64,000 nt of DNA from an uncultured virus (IMG/VR IMGVR_UViG_3300032116_000047) (taxonomy: Duplodnaviria > Heunggongvirae > Uroviricota > Caudoviricetes), in the IMG/VR virus record IMGVR_UViG_3300032116_000047, one strand, 5' to 3'. Made by a program: the position numbers and the translations under genes. This document shows, piece by piece, positions 25,147 to 36,818 of this stretch. How positions within the stretch are numbered: position 1 is the first letter of the stretch; every line of letters starts with the position of its first letter. The notes beneath the pieces were generated by a model, which saw only the letters and a program-made list of their open reading frames with translations, made no database searches and had not been told where the DNA came from.

Positions 25147-26988
25147 TTATTTCAATAAATCTTCTAATTCTTCAACTGTGAAAATTGTAACTCCAAGTGA
25201 GACAGCTTTTGTTTCTTTAGATGATCCAGAACCTTTAGCCTTCATCACCAAGTGTGTTGTATTTTTAGATACTGAACCACCAATTACACCACCTCTACTT
25301 ACAATAACTTCTTCTAAGTCTTTTCTACGAACACCAGTGAAAACAAATTGTTTTCCATCTAAGTCATTTCCAGTTTTAACAACTTCTACTTTCTCAGAGA
25401 TTGTGATAGGTAAGTCTTTTACAAAGTTAAAGAATTCATCGTAACTATCAACATAAGACTTAGCAGAAATCTCAGCAAATCCTTCAATCGACATAACTTG
25501 TTCAACTGTTGGTTTAGTTACAAAATCTTCTAAAAGAGCTAATTTCTTACTACCTAATCCTTTAAAGATACCAGTAGCATGTTGTAGTTTAGATAAACTT
25601 ACATTTGTGACTGACTTTTGGATAGAGTCAAAAACAATCTTTGCTTTACGTTTTCCAAATCGGTCAATTTTCTCTAAGTCAGATGTTGTTAAATTTAAGA
25701 TATCTGAAATTGTTTTATAACCAACATCCCACAATTGAGTGATAACACCTTCAGAAACATTATCAGCTTCTAAGATTTCAAAGAAAGAAATATTCTTTTT
25801 CAATTTTTGGTCGTCTGTTTCAGTCAAAGTAACTAATTCAACGCCATTTTCATTCCAATCGATGTTATCAACATCAGGCATTTGGAATTCAACTGTCTGA
25901 ATAACATCAGCGATGATTGGAATAACCATTCCGCTTCGTTTTACAATAACTTTTGCACCAACACCAATACCCATATCTTTTACAAAACGAGCGTTGTTAC
26001 CAGTTACATTAGATACGGTAACTCCGTCTAATTTAACAGGACTAATATGTAAAGTAGGTTTAAGATATCCTTGTTTAGAAATATTCCAAGAGATACCGAT
26101 AATTTCGGTTTCAGCAGATTGCTCAAAAGAAGGGTGTTTGAAGGCTCTTGCGTAACAAGGATTGTTAGAAGAAGTCTCGCGACCTAAAGTGTCTTGTAAA
26201 TCTAAATTATCTATTTCAATAATAAGACCATCAATTTCATAATCGATGGAATATTCTTTAAATAAAGAGATAAGTAATTCTTCTGTTAGTTCAGATATTT
26301 TACAAACGTGATATTGAACTTTGATTTCCTGACAAACATTCAATCCTTCAATCAAATCTTGTTTTGTTGAATAATAATCTTTATTAACAACAGCTCCATA
26401 TTTAATAAAACTACAATCTTTAAGAGATTCAGTTGCTTCTTTAGAGTTTAATAGACCAGCAACAAGGTTACGAGGATTAGCAAAGTCATTAGAATACTTT
26501 TCAGTAAATGTCTTTTTAGACATCATAACTTCACCGTAAGTAAAACTAAAAGATCTTAAAATATCACGGTGTGTATCACTATGTAAGTGATTTCCAATTA
26601 ATTTATAATGTTCGTTTGATTTTTGACCAAATTGACCATCACCTCTTGTAAAAGCATCATCACTGAACTCATTTACACAAAGAGACAAACCATCAAATTT
26701 TGGAGTGATAATAACCACTTCATTTTTAGAAATGCCTTTAAGACGACACCAATCATTGATATCATCCATCGATTTAATTTTATTCATTGAAGCCATTTCA
26801 ATCGGTAGTTTTGCTTTTCGAGTTTCGTCAGCAACTACGTGACCCACTTTAGTAAGTAAATCATCATTAGGAGAAAGTAACTCTAATTCTTCAACCAATT
26901 GGTCATAATCTTTATCAGAGATGATCGGGCTACCTAATCTATAAGCTTCATTAGCTTTTACAATTCTATCTTTTAACTCATTAATCAT
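25147..26988 (-). CDS. ligA: NAD-dependent DNA ligase
   Basis: KFDG adenylation motif, NPRN, EIDG, OB and HhH regions, C-terminal BRCT. Confidence 0.95.
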   Translation of the reverse strand: MINELKDRIVKANEAYRLGSPIISDKDYDQLVEELELLSPNDDLLTKVGHVVADETRKAKLPIEMASMNKIKSMDDINDWCRLKGISKNEVVIITPKFDGLSLCVNEFSDDAFTRGDGQFGQKSNEHYKLIGNHLHSDTHRDILRSFSFTYGEVMMSKKTFTEKYSNDFANPRNLVAGLLNSKEATESLKDCSFIKYGAVVNKDYYSTKQDLIEGLNVCQEIKVQYHVCKISELTEELLISLFKEYSIDYEIDGLIIEIDNLDLQDTLGRETSSNNPCYARAFKHPSFEQSAETEIIGISWNISKQGYLKPTLHISPVKLDGVTVSNVTGNNARFVKDMGIGVGAKVIVKRSGMVIPIIADVIQTVEFQMPDVDNIDWNENGVELVTLTETDDQKLKKNISFFEILEADNVSEGVITQLWDVGYKTISDILNLTTSDLEKIDRFGKRKAKIVFDSIQKSVTNVSLSKLQHATGIFKGLGSKKLALLEDFVTKPTVEQVMSIEGFAEISAKSYVDSYDEFFNFVKDLPITISEKVEVVKTGNDLDGKQFVFTGVRRKDLEEVIVSRGGVIGGSVSKNTTHLVMKAKGSGSSKETKAVSLGVTIFTVEELEDLLK

Positions 26989-27012
26989 AGTACAAATATA
27001 GTCAATTTATTA

Positions 27013-27249
27013 TTAAATACCAATATTTTCTAAATTCTTTTCGCGGTTGTATGTCTTTTCATCATAAACCTCAATAACATATCCCTCTATTTTAAATTCA
27101 ACAGCCCATGAGTCGTGTCCTGTTTTGTATTGAGGATTTTTATCAATAACTTTCTCAATTGCTGATTTTGCATCATCAGCGACTACTTGATATTCGGGTC
27201 TGGATGTGTGCCATCCACCATCATTAAATGTTACTGTCCATATTTTCAT
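27013..27249 (-). CDS. Hypothetical protein (start MKIWTV) with a C-terminal REKNLENIGI tag
   Basis: TATATTTG promoter element directly upstream of ATG 27249. Confidence 0.65.
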   Translation of the reverse strand: MKIWTVTFNDGGWHTSRPEYQVVADDAKSAIEKVIDKNPQYKTGHDSWAVEFKIEGYVIEVYDEKTYNREKNLENIGI

Positions 27250-27330
27250 AATTACAAATATAAAAAATAGAAAACAAACATCAAAGAAATAAGTAAAAAT
27301 TAATATATACAAAAAATCATAAAATGAAAC

Positions 27331-30300
27331 ATGGCTATCCAAACATCATTTCCTAAAATAGCAGATCAAATTATATCATATAATAAAAATATTATTGATG
27401 TACTTGCAAAAATAAACTCAATAGCTACCTCAACCGAGCCTACAGTCACAATAGACGTAGTTGATGAGAATGGTGGTACTAGATCTTTTACTATACCAAC
27501 AAACACATCTTTGAGAGCGGATATTGAAAGATTAAACGCAAATATAAATTCTCTTTATAGCATTGATGCTACAGGATCATTAATTCAGACCTCTAATGAT
27601 AATAAGTTTAAGAAAATTATTACAGTTGATTTAAATAGAGAACCTATTTCTGTATCTAATCTTAATTCAGTTGAGAGATTTAAAACTAGTCCAAATTGGT
27701 TTTTTGATTCGATGCTAGATCCTATGTTAAATGTAGAATTTGACCTATCAGGTAAAGTCGAGAATAATGTTAGAAAGTGTTTAGTTAGAAGATATATTGT
27801 TGATTTTGCTCGAGATGAGAATGGAGAATTGACTAATTTAGGAGAATCTGCTTTAACATCATTTAATGATTTATTTAAAGGAAACTCCTCTATTATTGTA
27901 ACAGATTTTGAAACATGGCATAAAACAACTCCAGGAGTTGTTGAACCACTTAATCCAAGATTTGATGAACAGTTATTTGATATGGAACCAAATAATCTTC
28001 TTTATGATGGTGAGTTTTCAGTTATTAGAATACAAGAAGATAGAATAAATAGAAAATTATTCTACGTATTAGATAAATTAGATTATAGTACAGTAGGATC
28101 AAATCAAGTAAGACAACTTACCATTGGAGATGAATTAATCGTTAATACAGGAGCTATTTCTTCAACTAGATACAAAATATTAGAAGTTGTAACAACGGAT
28201 TCTCTGCCAAAAATTAGAGTTGAAAGAGTAGAGGGAATCGAACCAATTTCTACTGGTGTAGGTACTGTGAAAATCTACTCTCCGGTAATTTATACAAAAA
28301 GACTTAGAGTAAGTGTAGGATATAACGAAAGAAATGTTGTATTCTTAAAGCCAGTAAATGCTGATAATCACTTAGTCGCTAAAAGTTGGTCTTTGGGAAC
28401 TGGTTTTTATACAAGTGATTTATTATTAGATTCAAATTCTTCGGCAAATGGTCTTACTATGGATCAATTTTATATTGATTATGTTTATGATTATGGAGAA
28501 GTACTTAAAGATTTAGTTGCAAAAAAGACTCCTAATAAGTTAGCTGGGACACCAAACTCACCTACACTAAATTCTGCAAATTTTAAAGTTGTACAAATTA
28601 ATCAACATTTAACCGATACTCCTGACTCAAATTTAATTAAACAAAAGCACAACTTTCAACTTAACTTAAAAGCTGAAATTGAACAAATACAAAATGCAGT
28701 AACTGATAGAAATAAAAAACTAAAAATAGTAAAATACAAATCAGACGCTGAAAAGAAAAAAGCTGATCTTGAAGTAAGTGATTTGATAAATAAAAAAGTT
28801 TCCAAGTCTAAACTCTTAGCATCTATTACAAAAGAAATAATAGACCTATCAAAAGATCCAAAAACAAAAGTTGATCCTAAGTACAGAGTGAGAGGATTTT
28901 GGTCAATGCCTGAAGCAGTTTCGACAAGAGGAACTAAGCCCCAAGAAGTTGTCCAATTTAGAGTACAGTATAGATATGTAAGTAAAGACGGCAAAGAAGC
29001 ACCGGTTGAGTCATTTATAGTTGATGGACAACAATCTAAAGCAAGTTTCTCTAATTGGACAGAGTTTAAAACCGACGCTCGAAAAAGAGCTTTTGATTCA
29101 GCCACTGGTGAATATTATTGGGAGATAGAAGATTTAGAATCAGCAGATACTCCAAATATTAATCAGTTGGATCTTTCAATCCAATCGAACGAGAGAATTG
29201 AAATTAGGGTTAAATCTATTTCTGAAGTAGGTTGGCCAGAATCACCAGTAGAATCTGATTGGTCTGAAATTTTGAATGTTGAGTTTCCAGATGATTTAAA
29301 TAACGTATTGAATGAAAATGATTTTATTCTACAAGAGGCTACTAAGGAAGACTTAAAAGTTAGTATGCAGACTGAACTTTCCGCTGCGGGACTTGACGAA
29401 CATTTATCAGATCAATTGAGCATTAATGGGAAGAGTTTTCATCACGAATCTGATAAAATTCTATCAGGGTTTAGAGATGAAAACGGATTAGCTTTAGATT
29501 TATTAGAATATCTGAAAAGATTAGAAGATAGAGTAAAAGACTTAGAAGAAAAAATACAAAGAGCTAAAGGAGAACTTGAAGTCATTATACTTAGAAATAA
29601 TCAAGAATTCGTTGTTAAAAACGGTTCTGAAACTGTATTCAATATAGATTGTGAAGATTACTTAGATTCTTATGTGGCTTCGGGAGTTCCAACCGGTAGA
29701 GTATATCAAAACAATATTTACGTAATAAAAGACTTTGTCATAAAAATTAGAAATAAATCAGTTTCGTCTCCTTTAGGATTACTTTCTGATAAAACTTATT
29801 TACAAAATAGTCCAGTTTATAATACCTCTGTGCCACAGGCCTTCTGGGTTAATGATAAGGATGAATTAATAACTAGTGATAACAGCGGTTCTACAAGAAC
29901 ACAAATTAATAACCAATTTATATGGCAAGTGAATTATGACTCAATCACAGATTCTACTGTTACAAAATTATCAGAAAATATTGGTAACTCATTCAATACA
30001 AATGCTTCTAACTCAATAACTTCAATATTAGCATCAAATGAGTTTAATTTAGGTTTCAACGAAACGAGCATTCTTAGTTTTGTTGGAAACAACAAATCTC
30101 TTTTGGATCCTAATAAGTGGATTGATAGTAGTACATCTGTTGCATCAACAACTAAGTTACTTACTTCTATTCATCCAATAGTTCAAGATTTAGAAAAGAT
30201 TACGGAAACTAATAGTGATAAAGTAAAAACTTTAAATACTGGAGGAGAAAATGATATAATTATTCCAATAAATATCTACTTCAAAATGAACTCACTTGAC

Positions 30301-30501
30301 ACATCTCAAACTGGTCTCAATTATCAATATATAGTATTGAATAATTTTACTAAGTCTTTGAAACATATCAAAAAAGTGAAATTTTTACTAGAAAACGAAT
30401 CTGAAAATAGACCTTTTGCGTTTAGTATCAAATTTAACATAAGTAGAAATAAAGTTATTTTGAAGAAAACATTCCAAGCAATCAATACATCGATTAAATA
30501 A
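27331..30501 (+). CDS. Large putative virion structural protein
   Basis: 1056 aa with coiled coils and an Fn3-like segment (EIRVKSISEVGWP...SDWS); late-type promoter. Confidence 0.6.
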   Translation: MAIQTSFPKIADQIISYNKNIIDVLAKINSIATSTEPTVTIDVVDENGGTRSFTIPTNTSLRADIERLNANINSLYSIDATGSLIQTSNDNKFKKIITVDLNREPISVSNLNSVERFKTSPNWFFDSMLDPMLNVEFDLSGKVENNVRKCLVRRYIVDFARDENGELTNLGESALTSFNDLFKGNSSIIVTDFETWHKTTPGVVEPLNPRFDEQLFDMEPNNLLYDGEFSVIRIQEDRINRKLFYVLDKLDYSTVGSNQVRQLTIGDELIVNTGAISSTRYKILEVVTTDSLPKIRVERVEGIEPISTGVGTVKIYSPVIYTKRLRVSVGYNERNVVFLKPVNADNHLVAKSWSLGTGFYTSDLLLDSNSSANGLTMDQFYIDYVYDYGEVLKDLVAKKTPNKLAGTPNSPTLNSANFKVVQINQHLTDTPDSNLIKQKHNFQLNLKAEIEQIQNAVTDRNKKLKIVKYKSDAEKKKADLEVSDLINKKVSKSKLLASITKEIIDLSKDPKTKVDPKYRVRGFWSMPEAVSTRGTKPQEVVQFRVQYRYVSKDGKEAPVESFIVDGQQSKASFSNWTEFKTDARKRAFDSATGEYYWEIEDLESADTPNINQLDLSIQSNERIEIRVKSISEVGWPESPVESDWSEILNVEFPDDLNNVLNENDFILQEATKEDLKVSMQTELSAAGLDEHLSDQLSINGKSFHHESDKILSGFRDENGLALDLLEYLKRLEDRVKDLEEKIQRAKGELEVIILRNNQEFVVKNGSETVFNIDCEDYLDSYVASGVPTGRVYQNNIYVIKDFVIKIRNKSVSSPLGLLSDKTYLQNSPVYNTSVPQAFWVNDKDELITSDNSGSTRTQINNQFIWQVNYDSITDSTVTKLSENIGNSFNTNASNSITSILASNEFNLGFNETSILSFVGNNKSLLDPNKWIDSSTSVASTTKLLTSIHPIVQDLEKITETNSDKVKTLNTGGENDIIIPINIYFKMNSLDTSQTGLNYQYIVLNNFTKSLKHIKKVKFLLENESENRPFAFSIKFNISRNKVILKKTFQAINTSIK

Positions 30502-33500
30502 TGAATAGTTTTGCAATATTAAGAACAAATGTAGGATTGACTACTAACATCAAAATAATGATAGATTCAAATTATAATCTATCATTAGATAGTATTGAAT
30601 CTACTGACTTACTACAAGATGACAAATACAAAAAAGTAACATTCAACAAAAACAACTTTTGGGATGAACTAATTCCTTATTTCTATAAAAACACTCCACT
30701 TGATGCAGCGTTTGCAATTAAATTTGACAATGATATTGATACTATGTCAAATGACTTTCAAAACCAATACGATGAAATATATCAGTATGGGGCAAGAAAT
30801 ATTATAAATAATAAAAGTTATTTAGAAGAATATGAATACTTCGCACCTCTTTATATTTCTAAAGATAAATTGCCTCAAAAATTTATAATTTTTCGAGTTG
30901 ATGGTCCAGGAATAAATCTACTAACAAAGGAGAACTTTACAACTGATATATCACAAAAATTTAAATGTGTAAAAATATTTGATTTAAGCCTAAAAACACC
31001 TATTGGTGAATGGTTAAATAAGAACTTTGTTAAAAATGATTTTTTTCCAGATACACCATTAGAAATAGATTTTAGAGAATTAGAATTTTGTAGGTGGAAT
31101 GGAATAGATTATGAAACAGGAGGATATACCTCAAAGTCATTTTTTATTGATGATATAATAGACGAGGAAAAAGAAATATTTGAATTAGAAAGGTTTGTCT
31201 TTGATAGTTATAAAAATAATAAATGTGTTTTTCCGAATATATTGAACTTATCTTTTCTTTTTGATGATGAACCATCTACACCAGATGTTAAAAGAAAATG
31301 GTCACTTAACAGATATTTTGGATTTTATTTAGATGATTTGGAATACACAACAAGTATTTCACCATACATCACTCCGTTTTTAAGAAGTGATGTTCAAATT
31401 TTAGAGGGAAATGTTCTGAATTCGGTAACTAATATTGTTCCATTTACTGAGGGTTGGTCCGACTCTCGACCATTTTATGTAGAGTGGAAAAACAATTACT
31501 ATAAAGTCGAAAAATTTACTGAAACTGTACAAAATGTTTTAAGTCCAGTTAGTGGTGGTATTACTCCAATAAATTCAGATGTACCAACGGTAGTAAATGA
31601 ACAGTTTCAAGATCAAACAATTACAAAGTACAGAATAATTTCAGAAATTGATTTAAAGGGAAAGGAATCTGAGTTAAATAAAAATTATGGTAGAATAGAC
31701 GGAGAGGGTAGATTAGTTAATTATGAAAATAACTATTTACAAATTGAAGATTTTTTAGACTACTCTGTCTGGTTAATTGAAATAGATGGATTTTACCACA
31801 ATTTATTTTATGATGGAATTTCTATTAAAGTTAGTACTGATTTTTCTTTTGAGTTTAACGAAAACGATTTCATATATAAAGTATCCGGTAATTCAAAAAA
31901 AATCTCGACCGTAGTTGATTTTAATAATCCTCCAAAAAAATTCAATATACACAGAGCTAAATTTACAGATATAAAAGATTTTGATACAAAAATAGTAGAA
32001 ACCGAATATGCTAAATTTGAATATGAGAAACCGAATGACTTAACCTATACTGATGAAACAAAAATGTATTTTCTTAATCTACTAAGTAAGTCAAACCCAC
32101 CTCAATTAGATGATTTTTTATTTGTCACCGAAGGTGAAAAACAGGTTGTAAATATTCCAGTATCATCCGAGTATATTTCAAATCACGAAATTTTTAAAAT
32201 AGCAAATAATAATCTATCCGATATATGGAAAAAAAATCCTGTTTATTGTAGGTGGTCCTTTCAGAACAGCATTTCAGGAAACGATTATCCTTATTCATTA
32301 AATAACTCTTCGATATTTGAAGATTTTAATAGAACAGTGAATCCATTTGATCCTGAACCAAAAAGAGTTGAGAGAAATTTAGATTATTTTTATACTTTAA
32401 ATTCTTCAACTTCTTCATACCTACATCATTCATTACATATAGAAAAAATAGATAGTGATAATAATTTAGATTTAAATTTTGAATTTGAATTAGATAAATA
32501 TTTAGGACTAGCTACATACTCAATTGGTTCTTCATCCGCTACCTATTCTTTTGATTATTTTACTGACTTCTTTTATCAAAAACAAAAATTTTTAAATGGT
32601 TTAATAAATAAAAATGTTAAAAAATACTCAGAATTTAATAGAGGAGATATATCCGTGCCTAATATGACTCTTTTTAGAGGACTTAAGTTTTCTATCTATG
32701 ATATAGATAGTGTTGATATTTCAGGAACTAATATTCAAAACATGAACCTAAAAACGTCTAATCAATTTAATAATTATAAATTTTCCATATTACTATCAGA
32801 TAATAATAAGTCTGTTAATGATCAAGGACAAATAATAGATTCTACTAATACACTTTCTTGGAAACTTATATCTGAGTGGAAAATGGATACAGATTATGCG
32901 ACCGGTTCAATTGTTGTTTTTGATGATATACTTTATATATCTAATCAATATGTAAAAACCTCTCAACCAATCAAACTAACATCTGGATTTCAGGTTAAAG
33001 TTGGTCCATATAATTTAAACGAATGGGATATCTATAACCCATTAGGATATAATATATTCTGGTCACCAAACTCAACATATGTTACTGGAGCGGGTGGATC
33101 AAATCCTGACATAGTATATAATTCTGGAGTATATTATAAATATAGACCTGGTGGGACTGAAGATTTTTGGAATCCAATAACAGCGGATACTACTGGTTAT
33201 GTCACTGGAGATATTGTATTTTATAGAGGAAAATATTATATTTCACGAAATAATAATAATAGATTTCCTCCAGGATCAAAATCTTTTTTTAATGCAGGAA
33301 TTAATAGACCTGAACTAAGACCTTGGTGGTCCGCTACTCAATCTTCTGATCCAAAATGGGAACCAGTTGAGTTATGGTCATCAACAAAAACTTATTTCAA
33401 CGGTGAATTAGTAGCCCACAATGAAGTAGTTTGGCGAAAATTGGGAGCTCTTTCTGGAATTGGAGAAGAACCTGGTGTAAATTCACAATGGATAAAAAAA

Positions 33501-34535
33501 TACAGTTTGTTACCAGATACCGACACTGTTTATGACGAATATTCTAATCCAATAATAGAAATGAACGATACCTATTACCTATGTACTGGAAATATTAATT
33601 CATCAACGTTAGATAATGGAATTATTATATATGTAAATAAAAAGTGGAAAAATATATTAGTAAATATAAATATATCAGATAATACTTATGACAATATTAA
33701 AGGATTTGACAGAGATAGTTTATACAATGAAAGGTATAAAAAACTAACTGCTGTCAATTTATCAAATGCTATAAATGATGTAACAAGTAAATATGGATTC
33801 ACGGACTATGTTACATATGTAGTAATTGATGAAAATGGAAAAATCACAAAACATAACTATCAAAATAATCTAAAAAGTTTAGGTTGTCTAATAAAAGTTG
33901 AAAATCCAGATGAATTTAACATTAAGATTGAATCACTGAAAAAAGTTGGAATTGAAAAGCCTTCAAAATTGACAGTTGTCAATAAACTCACAGAGAGTTA
34001 TATAAATGATTTATCAAAACTCAATTGGTATAATGAGATATCAGTTGGATCTGAAATATCGGAAAATAAATTTGAACCAAAAGTTTTTGAGAACTTCTCA
34101 GGAAATCAGAACTTTACAAAAAATCAAATTTGGAGACACTCAGGATATTATATGCCGACATTTTATGATATACAACTTTTTTATAAAGGACTAGATGATA
34201 ATTCAGATAATGGTAAATTTGATCCTGATTTAACAGATTTTGGATTAATAAAAGAAAGAAAAATAAGAAAAGTAAATAGAAACGGAAGTAATCTAAAACT
34301 TAGAGATCAGAAAGATATTAAGTCAATTTATCCTATGTTAGATGAATTTGGATATACTTGGAGAGATTTCTTTATATTTTGTTCTACATTTGATTTTCAA
34401 TACTATTATGAAAGTAGTCAAACAAATATTATTCCTGAAATAATTATCACTGACCCGGTAATAAACTCAACAGTATTGGGTAATTTTGGACAACCAGCTG
34501 AATACATTTTGGTAAATAAAAATTACAATTTATAA
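30501..34535 (+). CDS. Large putative virion structural protein with carbohydrate-binding-like WxxxxxYxxGxxV repeats
   Basis: 1344 aa; WKMDTDYATGSIV and WSSTKTYFNGELV repeats. Confidence 0.6.
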   Translation: MNSFAILRTNVGLTTNIKIMIDSNYNLSLDSIESTDLLQDDKYKKVTFNKNNFWDELIPYFYKNTPLDAAFAIKFDNDIDTMSNDFQNQYDEIYQYGARNIINNKSYLEEYEYFAPLYISKDKLPQKFIIFRVDGPGINLLTKENFTTDISQKFKCVKIFDLSLKTPIGEWLNKNFVKNDFFPDTPLEIDFRELEFCRWNGIDYETGGYTSKSFFIDDIIDEEKEIFELERFVFDSYKNNKCVFPNILNLSFLFDDEPSTPDVKRKWSLNRYFGFYLDDLEYTTSISPYITPFLRSDVQILEGNVLNSVTNIVPFTEGWSDSRPFYVEWKNNYYKVEKFTETVQNVLSPVSGGITPINSDVPTVVNEQFQDQTITKYRIISEIDLKGKESELNKNYGRIDGEGRLVNYENNYLQIEDFLDYSVWLIEIDGFYHNLFYDGISIKVSTDFSFEFNENDFIYKVSGNSKKISTVVDFNNPPKKFNIHRAKFTDIKDFDTKIVETEYAKFEYEKPNDLTYTDETKMYFLNLLSKSNPPQLDDFLFVTEGEKQVVNIPVSSEYISNHEIFKIANNNLSDIWKKNPVYCRWSFQNSISGNDYPYSLNNSSIFEDFNRTVNPFDPEPKRVERNLDYFYTLNSSTSSYLHHSLHIEKIDSDNNLDLNFEFELDKYLGLATYSIGSSSATYSFDYFTDFFYQKQKFLNGLINKNVKKYSEFNRGDISVPNMTLFRGLKFSIYDIDSVDISGTNIQNMNLKTSNQFNNYKFSILLSDNNKSVNDQGQIIDSTNTLSWKLISEWKMDTDYATGSIVVFDDILYISNQYVKTSQPIKLTSGFQVKVGPYNLNEWDIYNPLGYNIFWSPNSTYVTGAGGSNPDIVYNSGVYYKYRPGGTEDFWNPITADTTGYVTGDIVFYRGKYYISRNNNNRFPPGSKSFFNAGINRPELRPWWSATQSSDPKWEPVELWSSTKTYFNGELVAHNEVVWRKLGALSGIGEEPGVNSQWIKKYSLLPDTDTVYDEYSNPIIEMNDTYYLCTGNINSSTLDNGIIIYVNKKWKNILVNINISDNTYDNIKGFDRDSLYNERYKKLTAVNLSNAINDVTSKYGFTDYVTYVVIDENGKITKHNYQNNLKSLGCLIKVENPDEFNIKIESLKKVGIEKPSKLTVVNKLTESYINDLSKLNWYNEISVGSEISENKFEPKVFENFSGNQNFTKNQIWRHSGYYMPTFYDIQLFYKGLDDNSDNGKFDPDLTDFGLIKERKIRKVNRNGSNLKLRDQKDIKSIYPMLDEFGYTWRDFFIFCSTFDFQYYYESSQTNIIPEIIITDPVINSTVLGNFGQPAEYILVNKNYNL

Positions 34536-35224
34536 TGAAAAGAACTTACATTTCACCAGAGTATGATTATTACAGAGTTTATGGAACTTTAAACATGGTT
34601 GAAGAAAGTAATTTCTTTGGCTCAAAAATGCTCGAAATAGAAGATTCTTTTACAGTAGGGAAACAAGACATCATCTATTATCAGAATTTAAAAGGAGAAC
34701 AACTTGACTATTCAGTTGAATCATCTTTAACATCTTACGTCTATTCCGACTCAACCAATAAAAAAGAAAATCACACTCTTGAATTAGATGAGAGTCAGCC
34801 ACAGTTTCAGTTAGAAAAAAATGCAAAATGGATATTAACAATAGACTTGGATAAAATATTTAGAGAATTTATATTCGCAACATTAAAAAAATATAGAACT
34901 TTTGAATTAATTAAGAATGAGATGACCATCTATAGCGATGTTAATATCGCAATTAAAAATTATATAGATTTTAATGTCAAAGATAGATATAAAATTACAA
35001 GTATTGATTTGTATATTTCTTATAAAGATTTGAGAAAACAAAATATTCTCCAATATAAAAATAGCTGGAATCCAGTTATAGAAACTCCTGAAAATAAATT
35101 CAGTAAATTTCAAACCGAAACTGCAATTGATAAAAAATCCATTAGAATAATTTTTAATCAAGATAAACCAGCCAACTTATATAACATGGACTACTTTTTT
35201 AACATTAACTACGAAAAACTTTAA
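34535..35224 (+). CDS. Hypothetical protein, probably structural
   Basis: Coupled by TAATG overlap to the upstream gene. Confidence 0.6.
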   Translation: MKRTYISPEYDYYRVYGTLNMVEESNFFGSKMLEIEDSFTVGKQDIIYYQNLKGEQLDYSVESSLTSYVYSDSTNKKENHTLELDESQPQFQLEKNAKWILTIDLDKIFREFIFATLKKYRTFELIKNEMTIYSDVNIAIKNYIDFNVKDRYKITSIDLYISYKDLRKQNILQYKNSWNPVIETPENKFSKFQTETAIDKKSIRIIFNQDKPANLYNMDYFFNINYEKL

Positions 35225-35253
35225 ACAAAGTGAAATTCATACTTATAATTAGT

Positions 35254-35634
35254 ATGAGTAGAAATGATAATAAAAATCTTATAACTCTTCTAAAGTTATT
35301 TAAAAATAGACCTTACCATTTAGCAAAATATCTTATTGATAATCAAGCATTTAGTCAAGAATTTTTAGACAAATTAAGAAAAAGTGATAGATTAAATCAG
35401 TTACAAAATTCAGATTTTGAGTCTCAATACTTTTCTAACATCTCTCAAATGGAAGATTTTTATAACTCTTTATTAGAAGAAGTTAGTAAAATGAGTAAAG
35501 TAAAATCAACTAAAGAAATTACAGAAGAGCTTAATAAAAAACTAAATGACTTAATTATTCAAGAAAAATTTGAAGAAGCTGCTCAGTTGAGAGACTATAT
35601 GTTAAAAATTAGAATAAAAAGAAAAAACAATTAA
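35254..35634 (+). CDS. UvrB/UvrC-motif protein
   Basis: C-terminal LNDLIIQEKFEEAAQLRD. Confidence 0.7.
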   Translation: MSRNDNKNLITLLKLFKNRPYHLAKYLIDNQAFSQEFLDKLRKSDRLNQLQNSDFESQYFSNISQMEDFYNSLLEEVSKMSKVKSTKEITEELNKKLNDLIIQEKFEEAAQLRDYMLKIRIKRKNN

Positions 35635-35680
35635 AACTTTTATAAATTTTAGGATAAAAACTTATACAAAAATTAAAAAT

Positions 35681-36757
35681 ATGATAAACACAATTGGAAA
35701 CCCAGAATTAGCTTTTTTGTTTGAAGAAGATTCATTCAAGAAAAAAAAGAGAACAGAGAAAGAGATTGAACTTTCAAAACTTTACGAAAAAACCTTCGTC
35801 GAGATGCCAGTTACTGGACAGGTAGTAAAAGCCGAATACTCCGGTAAAACAACATCACACTATGTTTTTTCTGTAACTGGTTACAAAGATGATGTTAGAG
35901 TAGATGATAGAGTTTCTGAGTCAAAGTATCTTAGAAATTCTACTATTGGAGATATTGTAGATGTTCTCATAATTGATGTAAATCACGATGATTTCTTTAT
36001 CAAAGGGTCTATTTCAACACTCTATGAAAACTTAGCACATGAGAGCCTTAAATCCTTAAAAGAAGGGGAATCAGTTACAGCCTACATTAAATCTTTAAAT
36101 CCTGCTGGATATGATGTGGAGATTAGAAATGGTGGTGTTACACTTCCTGGATTTATGCCAAATACACTAGCTGGTATCAACAAATTGTATGATGTGAATT
36201 CTATCGTTGGTCAGACTTTTGAAGTAATGATTGAATCTTATGCTGAACAAGAAGGAACGTATATAGTTTCTAGAAGAAAATACCTTCAAACTTTAATTCC
36301 ACAAGCTATTAAGGAACTTAATTATGACATCTCTTATAAAGGTCACGTAACAGGAACAACACCTTTTGGAGTATTTGTTGAGTTCAATGAATGTTTAACA
36401 GGAATGATACATAAAGCAAATGTTAATCCTGATTGGCAAGACAGACTTTCTGAAATTAAGCCTGGTTTTGAAATTGAGTTCTATATAAAAGAAATTGTAA
36501 GAGAAAAAATTATTCTTACACAAATTCTTAGAGAAACACTTTGGGATAATATCAAAAATGGTCAAACATTAAATGGTGTTGTTAAAGAAGTTAAACAATT
36601 TGGAACTTTAGTTAATTTAGATGATGAGACGGTTGGTCTTATACATACTTCAGAAATGGAGAAATTGAAATCAAAGTTTCAATCAGAACAAGAAATCAAA
36701 GTGAAAGTTCTTTCTGTAGATAGAGCTTCGCGAAAAATCTTCCTTACTCTAGCCTAA
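35681..36757 (+). CDS. Ribosomal protein S1-like multi-S1-domain protein
   Basis: Tandem S1 domains: PFGVFVEF...GMIH, QFGTLVNL...GLIHTSEM, KVKVLSVD...KIFLT. Confidence 0.85.
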   Translation: MINTIGNPELAFLFEEDSFKKKKRTEKEIELSKLYEKTFVEMPVTGQVVKAEYSGKTTSHYVFSVTGYKDDVRVDDRVSESKYLRNSTIGDIVDVLIIDVNHDDFFIKGSISTLYENLAHESLKSLKEGESVTAYIKSLNPAGYDVEIRNGGVTLPGFMPNTLAGINKLYDVNSIVGQTFEVMIESYAEQEGTYIVSRRKYLQTLIPQAIKELNYDISYKGHVTGTTPFGVFVEFNECLTGMIHKANVNPDWQDRLSEIKPGFEIEFYIKEIVREKIILTQILRETLWDNIKNGQTLNGVVKEVKQFGTLVNLDDETVGLIHTSEMEKLKSKFQSEQEIKVKVLSVDRASRKIFLTLA

Positions 36758-36772
36758 GGAAGTCTTTTATCC

Positions 36773-36807
36773 AAAAAAAACCTCAGATTTTTTTCTGAGG
36801 TTTTTTT
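36773..36807. terminator. Bidirectional-type intrinsic terminator after the S1-like gene
   Basis: A-tract, CCTCAGA/TCTGAGG hairpin, T-tract. Confidence 0.85.
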
Positions 36808-36818
36808 ATATATAGGTA